Assembly (NCBI RefSeq): GCF_943371775.1
Contig: NZ_CALRWD010000015.1
Location: 5,021-69,020 of the forward strand
Origin: Nocardioides psychrotolerans
GTDB lineage: Bacteria > Actinomycetota > Actinomycetes > Propionibacteriales > Nocardioidaceae
Reading direction: 5' to 3'
Length of the DNA stretch: 64,000 nucleotides
The position numbers and the translations under genes were made by a program. Below, piece by piece: positions 26,812-35,676 of the stretch. The notes under the pieces were generated by a model. The model worked only from the letters and a program-made list of their open reading frames with translations. It was not told the origin of the DNA and searched no databases. Each line of letters begins with the position of its first letter. Within the stretch, counting starts at the first letter, position 1.

Positions 26812-28317
26812 CTACTTCTCGGCGGACAGCGCGCGGGCGTAGTCGACCAACGTGGTGACGGCCCAGCCGGTGCCGCCGCTGGTGAGGTGACCGCGGGGGC
26901 CGCCGGAGTTGAAGGCGGTGCCGGCGATGTCGAGGTGCGCCCAGGGGAGGCCGTGGGTGAACTCGCGCAGGAACGCACCGGCGAAGAGACCACCGCCCCA
27001 GCGCACCCAGTCGTGCTGGGAGAGATCGGCGATCTTGCTGCCCCTCACCCGCTCGACCATGCCCTCGGGGATCGGCATCGGCCAGTGGTCCTCGCCCGCG
27101 ACCTCCGAGGCGGCGATGACGCCCTGGACGATCTCGTCGGTGCCCATGACGCCCGCGACACGGTCGCCGAGCGCCAGCACCATGTGGCCCGTGAGCGTGG
27201 CGACGTCGAGCAGGACGTCGGGCTCCTGCTCGGCGGCGCGGCCGAGTGCGTCGGCCAGGACGAGACGCCCCTCGGCGTCGGTGTTCTGGATCTCGACGGT
27301 GGTGCCGCCGTACTGCGTGATGACGTCGCCCGGGCGGATCGCGGAGCCGGACACCATGTTCTCCGCCATCGCGGCGAAGGTGCTGACCTTGATCGGCAGG
27401 CCGAGCGCGGCGATGGCGAAGGTCGCCTGGATGACGGCGGCGGCGCCGGACATGTCGCTCTTCATCTCACCCATGCCCTGGGCCGGCTTGATGGTGAGGC
27501 CGCCGGAGTCGAAGGTGATGCCCTTGCCGACCAGCGCGAGGTGGCAGCGGGCGTCCTTGGGGGCGTAGGTGATCTCGACCAGGCGCGGGGGAGCGGCCGA
27601 GGCCGCGCCGACGCCGAGGATGCCGCCGCAGCCGAGCTCGGCGAGGCGCTTCTCGTCGAGCACGGTGACGGTGACCTTCGGGCCGCCGCGGCCCTTGGTC
27701 CACTCCTTGCCCGACGCCACGGCCGCGTCCGCGAAGACCGGGGGCGTCAGGTCGCCGGGAGGCGTGTTGACCCAGTCGCGGGTCTGGGCGACGGCGCGCG
27801 CGACGACCTGCGCCTCCTCGAAGGCGCTGGTCATCTCCTTGCGACGCGGGTTGGGGCACAGGAGCACGACGTCGCCGGGGGCGTCGTCCTTGGTCTCCTT
27901 CTTGTACGTCGTGAACGTGTAGGCGCCGAGCATCGCGCCCTCGGTCAGGGCGCGCACCAGCTCGGGGGAGTCGGCCGGCAGGGCGACCGCGACCGACGCG
28001 GCGTTGGTCACGGCGCGGACGGCGCCGCCGAGGGCACGGCGCACGGAGGCGGGCGTGGCCTCGTCGCCCAGGCCGACCAGGACCAGCAGCGGCGAGGTGA
28101 TCGTGCCGCTCGTGGGGACCTTGACCAGCTCGCCGGCCTTGCCCTTGACGCTGAGGGTCGCGAGCAGCGGGGCCAGCTTGCGGCCGTAGGCCTTGGCCAC
28201 GTCCTCGCCGCCGGGCGCGAGCTGCGGTCCCTTGTCCGTGGACAGGACGCCGACCACCACCGCGTCGGCTCGGGTCTTGGCGGGGCTGGCGCTGCGCAGC
28301 GTGTAGGTCGTGGTCAC
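26812..28317 (-). CDS. pepA: Leucyl aminopeptidase (M17)
   Basis: [11 protein letters not shown] and [12 protein letters not shown] motifs. Confidence 0.95.
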   Translation of the reverse strand: MTTTYTLRSASPAKTRADAVVVGVLSTDKGPQLAPGGEDVAKAYGRKLAPLLATLSVKGKAGELVKVPTSGTITSPLLVLVGLGDEATPASVRRALGGAVRAVTNAASVAVALPADSPELVRALTEGAMLGAYTFTTYKKETKDDAPGDVVLLCPNPRRKEMTSAFEEAQVVARAVAQTRDWVNTPPGDLTPPVFADAAVASGKEWTKGRGGPKVTVTVLDEKRLAELGCGGILGVGAASAAPPRLVEITYAPKDARCHLALVGKGITFDSGGLTIKPAQGMGEMKSDMSGAAAVIQATFAIAALGLPIKVSTFAAMAENMVSGSAIRPGDVITQYGGTTVEIQNTDAEGRLVLADALGRAAEQEPDVLLDVATLTGHMVLALGDRVAGVMGTDEIVQGVIAASEVAGEDHWPMPIPEGMVERVRGSKIADLSQHDWVRWGGGLFAGAFLREFTHGLPWAHLDIAGTAFNSGGPRGHLTSGGTGWAVTTLVDYARALSAEK

Positions 28318-28376
28318 CGCGGCAGACTAACCCGCACCCCGCAAGGGTTCGCAGGGGCTGCGGTAGGTTCGCGGCC

Positions 28377-29480
28377 ATGGCCGAGCTCCTGCGATCGCCC
28401 CTCCATGACCGACATGTCGCGCTGGGCGCCAAGTTCGCCGAGTTCGGCGGGTGGTCCATGCCGTTGGAGTACTCCTCCGGCGTCGTCAAGGAGCACACCG
28501 CCGTGCGCACCTCGGTCGGTATCTTCGACGTCAGCCACCTCGGCAAGGCGATGGTCACCGGCCCGGGAGCCGCCGACTACGTCAACCGCACGCTGACCAA
28601 CGACCTGGCCAAGATCGGTCCGGGACAGGCGCAGTACACGCTGTGCTGCGACGACGTCACGGGCGGTGTCGTCGACGACCTGATCGTCTACTACCGCGAC
28701 GACGAGCACGTGCTCCTCGTGCCCAACGCCGCCAACACCGCCGAGGTCGTACGACGGCTCGCGGCGTCGGCGCCCGAGGGCGTGACGGTCGCGGACCACC
28801 ACCGCGACTACGTCGTGCTGGCCGTCCAGGGGACGCACTCCGACGAGGTGCTGAGGGCGGTCGGCCTGCCGGTCGGCCACGACTACATGAGCTTCACCGA
28901 GGCGGAGCACGACGGCAGCGGCGTCGTGGTCTGCCGCACCGGCTACACCGGCGAGCGCGGCTACGAGCTGATCGCGGCCAACGAGGTCGCCGAGTCCCTG
29001 TGGGACGCACTCGTCGCCGCGGGCGCGGCGTACGACATGCTCGCCTGCGGCCTCGGGGCCCGCGACACCCTGCGCACCGAGATGGGCTATCCCCTCCACG
29101 GCCAGGAGATATCCCTCGACGTGACGCCCAACGAGGCCCGCCTCGGCTGGGCGGTCGGGTGGAAGAAGGAGGCCTTCTGGGGGCGCGAGGTGCTGCTCGC
29201 CGAGAAGGCGGCCGGTCCCAAGCGCACCCTGCGCGGCCTGGTCTCCACCGGTCGCGCCATCCCACGCCCGCACATGATGGTCAGCCTCACGCCCGACGTG
29301 ATGCTCGGCGAGATCACCTCGGGGACCTTCTCCCCGACGCTCAAGAAGGGCATCGGCCTCGCGCTGCTGCCCTCCGACATCCACCCGGAGGCGGAGGTGA
29401 GGGTCGACGTCCGCGGACGCCGCGAGATCTTCCAGCTCACCAAGCCCCCCTTCGTCGACACCTCGGTGAGGGAGTCATGA
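28377..29480 (+). CDS. gcvT: Glycine cleavage system aminomethyltransferase T
   Basis: [54 protein letters not shown]. Confidence 0.95.
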   Translation: MAELLRSPLHDRHVALGAKFAEFGGWSMPLEYSSGVVKEHTAVRTSVGIFDVSHLGKAMVTGPGAADYVNRTLTNDLAKIGPGQAQYTLCCDDVTGGVVDDLIVYYRDDEHVLLVPNAANTAEVVRRLAASAPEGVTVADHHRDYVVLAVQGTHSDEVLRAVGLPVGHDYMSFTEAEHDGSGVVVCRTGYTGERGYELIAANEVAESLWDALVAAGAAYDMLACGLGARDTLRTEMGYPLHGQEISLDVTPNEARLGWAVGWKKEAFWGREVLLAEKAAGPKRTLRGLVSTGRAIPRPHMMVSLTPDVMLGEITSGTFSPTLKKGIGLALLPSDIHPEAEVRVDVRGRREIFQLTKPPFVDTSVRES

Positions 29481-29734
29481 ACCTGCCCGACCAGCCGCCC
29501 ACCTTCCGCCCGCCCTCGACCGCCGACCTGCCGTGGTGGTGGCGCCTCGAGGACAAGGAGGGGACCGAGGTCACCGTCTCCGAGGACTACGCCGGCCAGC
29601 GCTTCGCGAGCCAGGCCGACGCCGAGTCCTGGGTCGGTGAGTTCTATGCCGAGCTCGCCGAGCAGGGCGTCGACGGCGTCACGCTGCTCGAGGTCGACCG
29701 CGTCGTCTACGGGCCGATGTCGCTCCACGCGTGA
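29477..29734 (+). CDS. Small hypothetical protein (85 aa) coupled to gcvT
   Basis: ATG 29477 overlaps the gcvT stop (ATGA) and has GAGGGAG upstream. GC3-rich. Its stop overlaps the next GTG start (GTGA). Confidence 0.5.
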   Translation: MNLPDQPPTFRPPSTADLPWWWRLEDKEGTEVTVSEDYAGQRFASQADAESWVGEFYAELAEQGVDGVTLLEVDRVVYGPMSLHA

Positions 29735-30573
29735 TCCCTGCCCCGGTCCCTGAGCAGGTCTCGGAGGTCTGCGCGACGTTCCTGCGCGTGGCGCCGCCGG
29801 GCCTGGTCACGGGGCTCTACCTGCGTGGCGGCACCGGCTTCGGGGAGTGGGTCCCGGGGCAGAGCGACGTCGACTTCGTCGCGACCCTGGCCCACCGGCC
29901 GGACCGGGCTGCGGTCGAGGCGCTGCGGGTGGCGCACGAGCAGGTCGCCGCGGCCCACCCCGACGTGGCCTTCGACGGGGTGCACGTCCTGGCCTCCGAC
30001 CTCACCGGCGACCCGGCCGACTGCCCCGACGTGCCGATCGTGCTCGGCAGGCTCTTCGAGGGCGAGGGAGTCCTCCACGAGGCCGTCGTGGTCTGGCACG
30101 AGCTCGCCCGGCACGGGGTGCGCGTCGCGGGGCCGCCCATCGCCGAGCTGGGCGTGTGGACCTCGCAGGCCGTCCTCCTCGCCTTCACGCGCGCCAACCT
30201 CGACACCTACTGGCGCGGCAGCGCCGAGGCCCTGACCGCGATGCCGTCCGAGGGCGCCCGTGAGGAGGCGTGCTGCTGGTGCGTCCTGGGGGTCACGCGC
30301 CTGCACCACCTGCTCGTCACCGGCGAGATGACCACCAAGTCGCGCGCCGGCCGGTGGGGGCTGGGCGCCTATCCCGAGCGCTTCCACCGCGTCCTGCGCG
30401 AGGCGCTGCGCATCCGTGAGGACATCCACGAGGTCGAGGCCTCCTCCTACGGTGACGACAGGGAAGCCCGGGGGAGGGACACCGCCGCGCTCACGGCCTG
30501 GGTCGTGGCGCAGGGGACCGAGAGCCCGTCAGGCCCGACGGGCTCGGCCACCACCCTGCCCTCACGCCGTTAG
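29731..30573 (+). CDS. Nucleotidyltransferase-domain protein (AadA-like fold)
   Basis: LRGGTGFGEWVPGQSDVDFV fits the G-x-G...D-x-D polymerase-beta-type NTase motif. No functional claim is made beyond the fold. Confidence 0.65.
   Translation: MIPAPVPEQVSEVCATFLRVAPPGLVTGLYLRGGTGFGEWVPGQSDVDFVATLAHRPDRAAVEALRVAHEQVAAAHPDVAFDGVHVLASDLTGDPADCPDVPIVLGRLFEGEGVLHEAVVVWHELARHGVRVAGPPIAELGVWTSQAVLLAFTRANLDTYWRGSAEALTAMPSEGAREEACCWCVLGVTRLHHLLVTGEMTTKSRAGRWGLGAYPERFHRVLREALRIREDIHEVEASSYGDDREARGRDTAALTAWVVAQGTESPSGPTGSATTLPSRR
30453..30522 (+). repeat. Copy A of a 70-bp direct repeat (copy B at 30954-31023)
   Basis: 66 of 70 positions are identical by eye. Weaker similarity extends about 20 bp upstream in both copies. 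Confidence 0.85.
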
Positions 30574-30697
30574 CGTCGCGCCGTCGCAGGGCCGTGTCCG
30601 CCACGGCGTCGGGGTCGGCCACTTGTACGGTCACGTCGGGTGTGCACGGTGCGTGCTGACCCAGATCGAGAGCACGGAGCCCCGGAGAGGACCACCC

Positions 30698-30907
30698 ATG
30701 GGACGTCCAGAACCAACCCCGATGCGAGTCCTCGACCGCCCTCTGACCTGCGTCGTGTGCGCCGGTGACCGCTTCACCGAGCGATCCATCACGATCATCA
30801 CGTCGGGCCTCGCCAACAGCGGGTTCAACAAGAGCGGTCAGGCCGTCACCTGCGCTGCCTGTGGTTACATCCACCAGTTCGTGACCGGAAGCGTCAGCCC
30901 CGGCTGA
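30698..30907 (+). CDS. Small zinc-ribbon-like protein (69 aa)
   Basis: ATG 30698 is preceded by GGAGAGGA. Two CxxC pairs (CVVC ... CAAC). It lies between the two 70-bp repeat copies. Confidence 0.45.
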   Translation: MGRPEPTPMRVLDRPLTCVVCAGDRFTERSITIITSGLANSGFNKSGQAVTCAACGYIHQFVTGSVSPG

Positions 30908-30953
30908 CGGGAGCGGCCCGAGGCATCCGCCGGGTCGAGGGCTCCGAATACCC

Positions 30954-31023
30954 TGACGACAGGGCAGCCCGTGGGAGGGACAGCGCCGCGCTCACGGCCT
31001 GGGTCGTGGTGCAGGGGACCGAG
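30954..31023 (+). repeat. Copy B of the 70-bp direct repeat
   Basis: See copy A. This copy ends 11 nt before ATG 31035. Confidence 0.85.
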
Positions 31024-31034
31024 GAGCGACAGTC

Positions 31035-32537
31035 ATGCGCGACGAGGGCGACTTCGAGGCCTACGCCGTCGCGCGCTGGACCACCCTGGTGCGCACCACC
31101 GTCCTGCTCGGCTCCCGCCCCGACGTCGCCCCCCGCCTGGCCCGCTCGACCCTGGGTCTGCTGCGCGCAGGGTGGGGCCGGCGAGACGAGCTCGGTGACC
31201 TCGACGTCCACCTCTTCCGCACGCTGCTCGACGTCCGCCGCGACGACCGGTCTGCCTGGTGGGCGACGGACGCCCCCGACGACGGGTGGCCGCTCGACCC
31301 GCAGTGGCCCACGCTCTCCGCCTCGCTCGACACCCTCGGGCCGGTCGACCGGGCCGCGTTGGTCCTGCGGTCGGTCGCCGGCCTCGCGACCGAGCAGGTC
31401 GAGCTGGTGCTCGGGCGCGAGCTCGGTCCCGCGCCGTCGGACGACTCCCTGCGCCGCGTCTCCGAGTCCCTCCACGTCACCCCGCTCGTGCTCGCTGACG
31501 TGGCCACCGAGCAGCGGGCCGACCGCCGCGCCCGCGTGCGTCGTACGACGGTCACGGCGGGCGCCGTCGTCGCCGTGCTCGCCGTCGTGGTCGGTGGCGC
31601 GACCTGGTGGGGCACCCGACCCGAGCCGGTCCCGTTGCTGGCCGACGTGCCCGTGGAGCGCGCGAGCAACCCCGCCCCGGTCGGGTGGTACTCCGACGAC
31701 GTCCTCCACCTCGCCGAGGTCGAGCTCCGGATCGAGGCGCTGCGCACGTTCTTCGAGGTGGACGACGGGGCGGTCTACACCGACGCCGTGGGGGAGATCG
31801 TCCACGTCGACCTCGAGGGGGCGCGCACGTCGATCGGGAAGCAGCGGCTCGACGGCACCTTCCAGGTCTCCGCCGAGGAGCGACTGGTCGCGTGGGTCGA
31901 CCAGACCGGCCGCCCGGAACTCCGGGTGTGGGACCTCGACGCAGGACAGGTGGTGGGCACGGTCGCCCTGCCCGACGACGAGGACATCGACGTGGTCGGG
32001 CTCGACGGCGGGACGGTCTACTACGTGACCCAGGGGCGCAACTACGCCTTCGACGTCGAGGAGGGTGGGGAGGTCGAGCTCGCGGCGCCCAAGGTGCTCG
32101 ACGTCGCGAGCGGTGCCGTGGCGCGCCAGGACGAGGGTGCGGTGAGCGTCGCCAGCCCGCGTGAGGCGGAGGACGAGATCGTGACCGTGCCCGGGGTCGG
32201 TGCGGAGCTGTCGCCCGACGGGGAGCTGGTGCTGACGCGCACGATCAACCCCGTCAGCGAGGTCGGCACGCTGCGGCTGTGGGACGTGGGCTCGCAGGCC
32301 GAGCTCCACACCGGGCTGTCCACCACCGACACCGTCTACGCCGCGCACCTGCAGGTCGACGGCGCGGCGACCTACCTCGTGGAGCTGGCGCAGCCCGACC
32401 CCGACGACGGGCCGCGCCTGTCCAACGCCGGCAGCCTCCAGCTGACCTCCTGCACCGCTCCCCGTCCGGGGTTCGCGACGGCCTGCGAGGTGGTGCTGAC
32501 CTTCCCGCGCAGCACGACGTGGGCGTTGGCCCAGTAG
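31035..32537 (+). CDS. Membrane-anchored protein with a degenerate ECF-sigma-like N-terminal domain and a large extracytoplasmic domain
   Basis: Region-4-like LDTLGPVDRAALVLRSVAGLATEQVELVLG, a single TM (VTAGAVVAVLAVVVGGATWW), then about 300 aa with repetitive beta-rich segments. Confidence 0.65.
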   Translation: MRDEGDFEAYAVARWTTLVRTTVLLGSRPDVAPRLARSTLGLLRAGWGRRDELGDLDVHLFRTLLDVRRDDRSAWWATDAPDDGWPLDPQWPTLSASLDTLGPVDRAALVLRSVAGLATEQVELVLGRELGPAPSDDSLRRVSESLHVTPLVLADVATEQRADRRARVRRTTVTAGAVVAVLAVVVGGATWWGTRPEPVPLLADVPVERASNPAPVGWYSDDVLHLAEVELRIEALRTFFEVDDGAVYTDAVGEIVHVDLEGARTSIGKQRLDGTFQVSAEERLVAWVDQTGRPELRVWDLDAGQVVGTVALPDDEDIDVVGLDGGTVYYVTQGRNYAFDVEEGGEVELAAPKVLDVASGAVARQDEGAVSVASPREAEDEIVTVPGVGAELSPDGELVLTRTINPVSEVGTLRLWDVGSQAELHTGLSTTDTVYAAHLQVDGAATYLVELAQPDPDDGPRLSNAGSLQLTSCTAPRPGFATACEVVLTFPRSTTWALAQ

Positions 32538-32561
32538 AGATCGGCCCAGTAGCGTGACGGC

Positions 32562-33404
32562 GTGCGCGCCTTCCGCCAGGTCGATGTCTTCTCGCCCCTG
32601 CCCCTGCTGGGCAACCCGGTCGCGGTGGTCCACGACGCCGACGGCCTGACCGACGAGCAGATGGCGGCCTTCGCGCGCTGGACCAACCTGTCGGAGACCA
32701 CGTTCCTGATGGCACCGACCACGCCGGACGCCGACTACCGGCTGCGGATCTGGACCCCGGGCGGCGAGCTGCCCTTCGCCGGCCACCCGACGCTCGGCAG
32801 CGCGCACGCCTGGCTCGAGGCCGGGGGAGAGCCAGCGGTGGCCGACACGGTCGTGCAGGAGTGCGGTGCCGGGCTGGTGCCGGTGCGGCGTGGGGAGCGG
32901 CTGGCGTTCGCCGCCCCGCCGTTGCTGCGCTCGGGTCCGGTGGAGGACGCCGACCTGGCGCGGATCGCTGCGGCGCTGGCGATCGGCGTGGACGAGGTCG
33001 TCGACGCCGCGTGGATCGACAACGGCCCCGGTTGGGTCGGGGTGCTGCTGCGCGACGCCGACGCCGTGCTCGCCGTACGCCCCGACCTGGCGCTGTTCGG
33101 CGACCTCGACGTCGGCGTCGTCGGGCTCTATCCGCAGGGAGCCGGGGACGGTGCGGTCGCGGAGGTCCGTGCGTTCTGCCCCGGGCTCGGGGTGGTGGAG
33201 GACCCGGTCACCGGCAGCCTCAACGCCGGGATCGCCCAGTGGCTGGCGGGCTCGCGCCTGCCCACGTCGTACGTCGCGTCGCAGGGCACGGTGATGGGCC
33301 GCCGGGGTCGCGTCCACGTCGACGTCCTGGGCGACGGGCCCTCTCGCGCGGTCTGGGTGGGCGGCGACACCCTCACGACGGTCGTCGGGACGGTCGCCCT
33401 CTGA
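32562..33404 (+). CDS. PhzF family isomerase-like protein
   Basis: FRQVDVFSPLPLLGNPVAVV...WTNLSETTFL and EDPVTGSLNAG motifs. Confidence 0.85.
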   Translation: MRAFRQVDVFSPLPLLGNPVAVVHDADGLTDEQMAAFARWTNLSETTFLMAPTTPDADYRLRIWTPGGELPFAGHPTLGSAHAWLEAGGEPAVADTVVQECGAGLVPVRRGERLAFAAPPLLRSGPVEDADLARIAAALAIGVDEVVDAAWIDNGPGWVGVLLRDADAVLAVRPDLALFGDLDVGVVGLYPQGAGDGAVAEVRAFCPGLGVVEDPVTGSLNAGIAQWLAGSRLPTSYVASQGTVMGRRGRVHVDVLGDGPSRAVWVGGDTLTTVVGTVAL

Positions 33405-33431
33405 CCCGTCCCCGGACGGTAGGTTGGGCTC

Positions 33432-34226
33432 ATGCAGCAGTACCTCGATCTCCTGACGCGGGTCCTCGACGAGGGGGTCGACAAGGGTGATCGCACGGGC
33501 ACCGGCACGCGCAGCGTCTTCGGCCACCAGATGCGCTTCGACCTCACCGACGGCTTCCCGCTCGTGACCACCAAGAAGGTGCACACCCGCTCGGTCTTCG
33601 CCGAGCTGCTGTGGTTCCTCCGGGGAGACACCAACGTGAAGTGGCTCCAGGACCGCGGCGTCACGATCTGGGACGAGTGGGCTGACGCCGACGGCGACCT
33701 CGGGCCCGTCTACGGCTACCAGTGGCGCTCGTGGCCGACGCCCGACGGTCGTCACGTCGACCAGATCGCCCAGGTCGTCGAGCAGATCCGCCGCGACCCC
33801 GACTCGCGCCGCCACATCGTCTCCGCGTGGAACGTCGCCGACATCCCGCGGATGGCGCTGGCGCCGTGCCACACGATGTTCCAGTTCTACGTCGCCCAGG
33901 GCCGACTGTCGTGCCAGCTCTACCAGCGCTCCGCCGACATCTTCCTCGGCGTGCCGTTCAACATCGCCTCCTACGCGCTGCTGACCCACATGGTCGCCCA
34001 GGTGACCGGGCTCGAGGTCGGCGACTTCGTGCACACCCTCGGCGACGCGCACCTCTACTCCAACCACGTCGACCAGGCCCGGCTGCAGCTCACGCGTGAG
34101 CCGCGCGCGCTGCCGCGGCTGGTGCTCGACCCCTCGGTGACGGCGCTGGACGCCTTCGACCTCGAGCACGTCGCGGTCGAGGGCTACGACCCGCACCCGG
34201 GCATCAAGGCACCGATCGCCGTATGA
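33432..34226 (+). CDS. thyA: Thymidylate synthase
   Basis: MQQYLDLL...[32 protein letters not shown]. Confidence 0.95.
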   Translation: MQQYLDLLTRVLDEGVDKGDRTGTGTRSVFGHQMRFDLTDGFPLVTTKKVHTRSVFAELLWFLRGDTNVKWLQDRGVTIWDEWADADGDLGPVYGYQWRSWPTPDGRHVDQIAQVVEQIRRDPDSRRHIVSAWNVADIPRMALAPCHTMFQFYVAQGRLSCQLYQRSADIFLGVPFNIASYALLTHMVAQVTGLEVGDFVHTLGDAHLYSNHVDQARLQLTREPRALPRLVLDPSVTALDAFDLEHVAVEGYDPHPGIKAPIAV

Positions 34227-34245
34227 CGACCCGCATGATGCTGCA

Positions 34246-34737
34246 GTGACTCCCGGCGGCAAGCGCGTCGTGATGGTCGCGGCGGTCGCCGACAACGGCG
34301 TCATCGGTGCCTCCGGCGACATCCCGTGGCGCATCCCCGAGGACTTCGCGCACTTCAAGGCCACGACGCTGGGGCACACGATGGTCATGGGGCGCGCGAC
34401 CTACGACTCGATCGGGCGACCTCTGCCCGGGCGCACCACGATCGTCCTCACCCGCGACCCGTCGTGGAGCGCCGAGGGCGTGCTGGTCGCGCCGTCGTTC
34501 GCGGCGGCCCTCGCGCTGGCCGACGACCTCCCCGGCGAGGTGATGGTCGTGGGCGGCTCGCTGGTCTACGAGGACGCGCTGCCCCTCGCCGACGAGCAGG
34601 TGCTCACCGAGGTCCACCTCACGCCCGAGGGCGACACGTTCTACCCGGAGGTCGACCGAGCCGACTGGGTCGAGGCGCGGCGCGAGGCGCTCGACGGCTA
34701 CGACCGCGTCTGGCTGGTCCGCAGACCCACCCCCTGA
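34246..34737 (+). CDS. folA: Dihydrofolate reductase
   Basis: VIGASGDIPWRIPEDFAHFKATTLGHTMVMGRATYDSIGRPLPGR. Confidence 0.9.
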   Translation: MTPGGKRVVMVAAVADNGVIGASGDIPWRIPEDFAHFKATTLGHTMVMGRATYDSIGRPLPGRTTIVLTRDPSWSAEGVLVAPSFAAALALADDLPGEVMVVGGSLVYEDALPLADEQVLTEVHLTPEGDTFYPEVDRADWVEARREALDGYDRVWLVRRPTP

Positions 34738-34740
34738 ACG

Positions 34741-34896
34741 CCGAGTCGGCGCAATGTTGCACGGCCCGTGCCGAGTCGGCGCAATGTTGCACGGCCCGTG
34801 CCGAGTCGGCGCAATGTTGCACGGTGGTCGGCCCCCGCGGGCTGCAACATCGCGCCGACTCGGCGTACAGGCTGCAACATCGCGCCGACTCGGCGT
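34741..34896. repeat. Array of a REP-like element: three direct 30-bp copies followed by two inverted copies
   Basis: The unit ccgagtcggcgcaatgttgcacggcccgtg is at 34741, 34771 and 34801 (the last truncated). The inverted ctgcaacatcgcgccgactcggcgt is at 34842 and 34872. It sits between convergent genes. Confidence 0.9.
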
Positions 34897-34927
34897 CCGG
34901 GTTGACGGCACCGCGTGAGGCATGACC

Positions 34928-35563
34928 TCAGAAGCCGAGGTCGGCGCCGCGCAGCGCGGTGACCTTCTCGGCCGGCCCCTCGAACGTCAGGTCGTGCAGC
35001 TGGCGGCGCCCGAAGAGGAACAAGCTCACCTCGGTCGGGCTGCCCACGACCGTCACCGGGTCCTCCCCGCGGCGCATCGTGACCTCCGTGCCCGTGTCGG
35101 CGCGCCGGATCCGCACCGGCACCCCCGCCGGGCGCACCAGGGCACGGCCACCGATGCGGATCGCGGTCCAGATCGCGTCGTCGTCGGCCGGGGTGCGCTC
35201 ACGCGGCCGCCAGCCGGGCTGCGCGCGGCGCAGGTCCTCGTGGTGGACGAGATACTCCAAGGTGTTGCCCAGCACCTCCACCGGCCACAGGGCGTACGGC
35301 GTGAGGCCGGGCTCCCGCAGCCGCTCGACGAGCACCGCGAAGTCTCGGCGCATGACGCGTGCCATCGCCCGGTCGGTCAGCGGGGCGAAGGTCTCCATCG
35401 CGATCCCGAGAGCCCCGAGCGGGCTGTGCTCGCGCACGAGCAGGTGGGCGACGAGATGCTGGGCGTCCCAGTCACCGCACAGGGTCGGCGCGTCCTCGCC
35501 GAGCACGAGGGCCAGGTCGCACAGGTCGTGACGTTCGCGGCGGGCGAGGGTGGGGGAGCGCAT
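34928..35563 (-). CDS. TIGR03085-type / mycothiol maleylpyruvate isomerase N-terminal (DinB-like) family protein
   Basis: RRERHDLCDLALVLGEDAPTLCGDWDAQHLVAHLLVRE pattern. Confidence 0.7.
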   Translation of the reverse strand: MRSPTLARRERHDLCDLALVLGEDAPTLCGDWDAQHLVAHLLVREHSPLGALGIAMETFAPLTDRAMARVMRRDFAVLVERLREPGLTPYALWPVEVLGNTLEYLVHHEDLRRAQPGWRPRERTPADDDAIWTAIRIGGRALVRPAGVPVRIRRADTGTEVTMRRGEDPVTVVGSPTEVSLFLFGRRQLHDLTFEGPAEKVTALRGADLGF

Positions 35564-35676
35564 CGCCTCAGCCTAGGGACCGGCCGTCGGGCACGGCGTA
35601 CGGGACGGGTGGGGGATTGGGTGTTGTCGGTGCCCGGGAATAGCCTTCCTCGCGCGACGGTTGGCGCCGTCAACGG

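Noticed and set aside
28318-28376. Glycine riboswitch upstream of gcvT.
   Set aside because: Only 59 nt separate pepA and gcvT. That is far too short for a tandem or single glycine aptamer, and no conserved aptamer core was seen.
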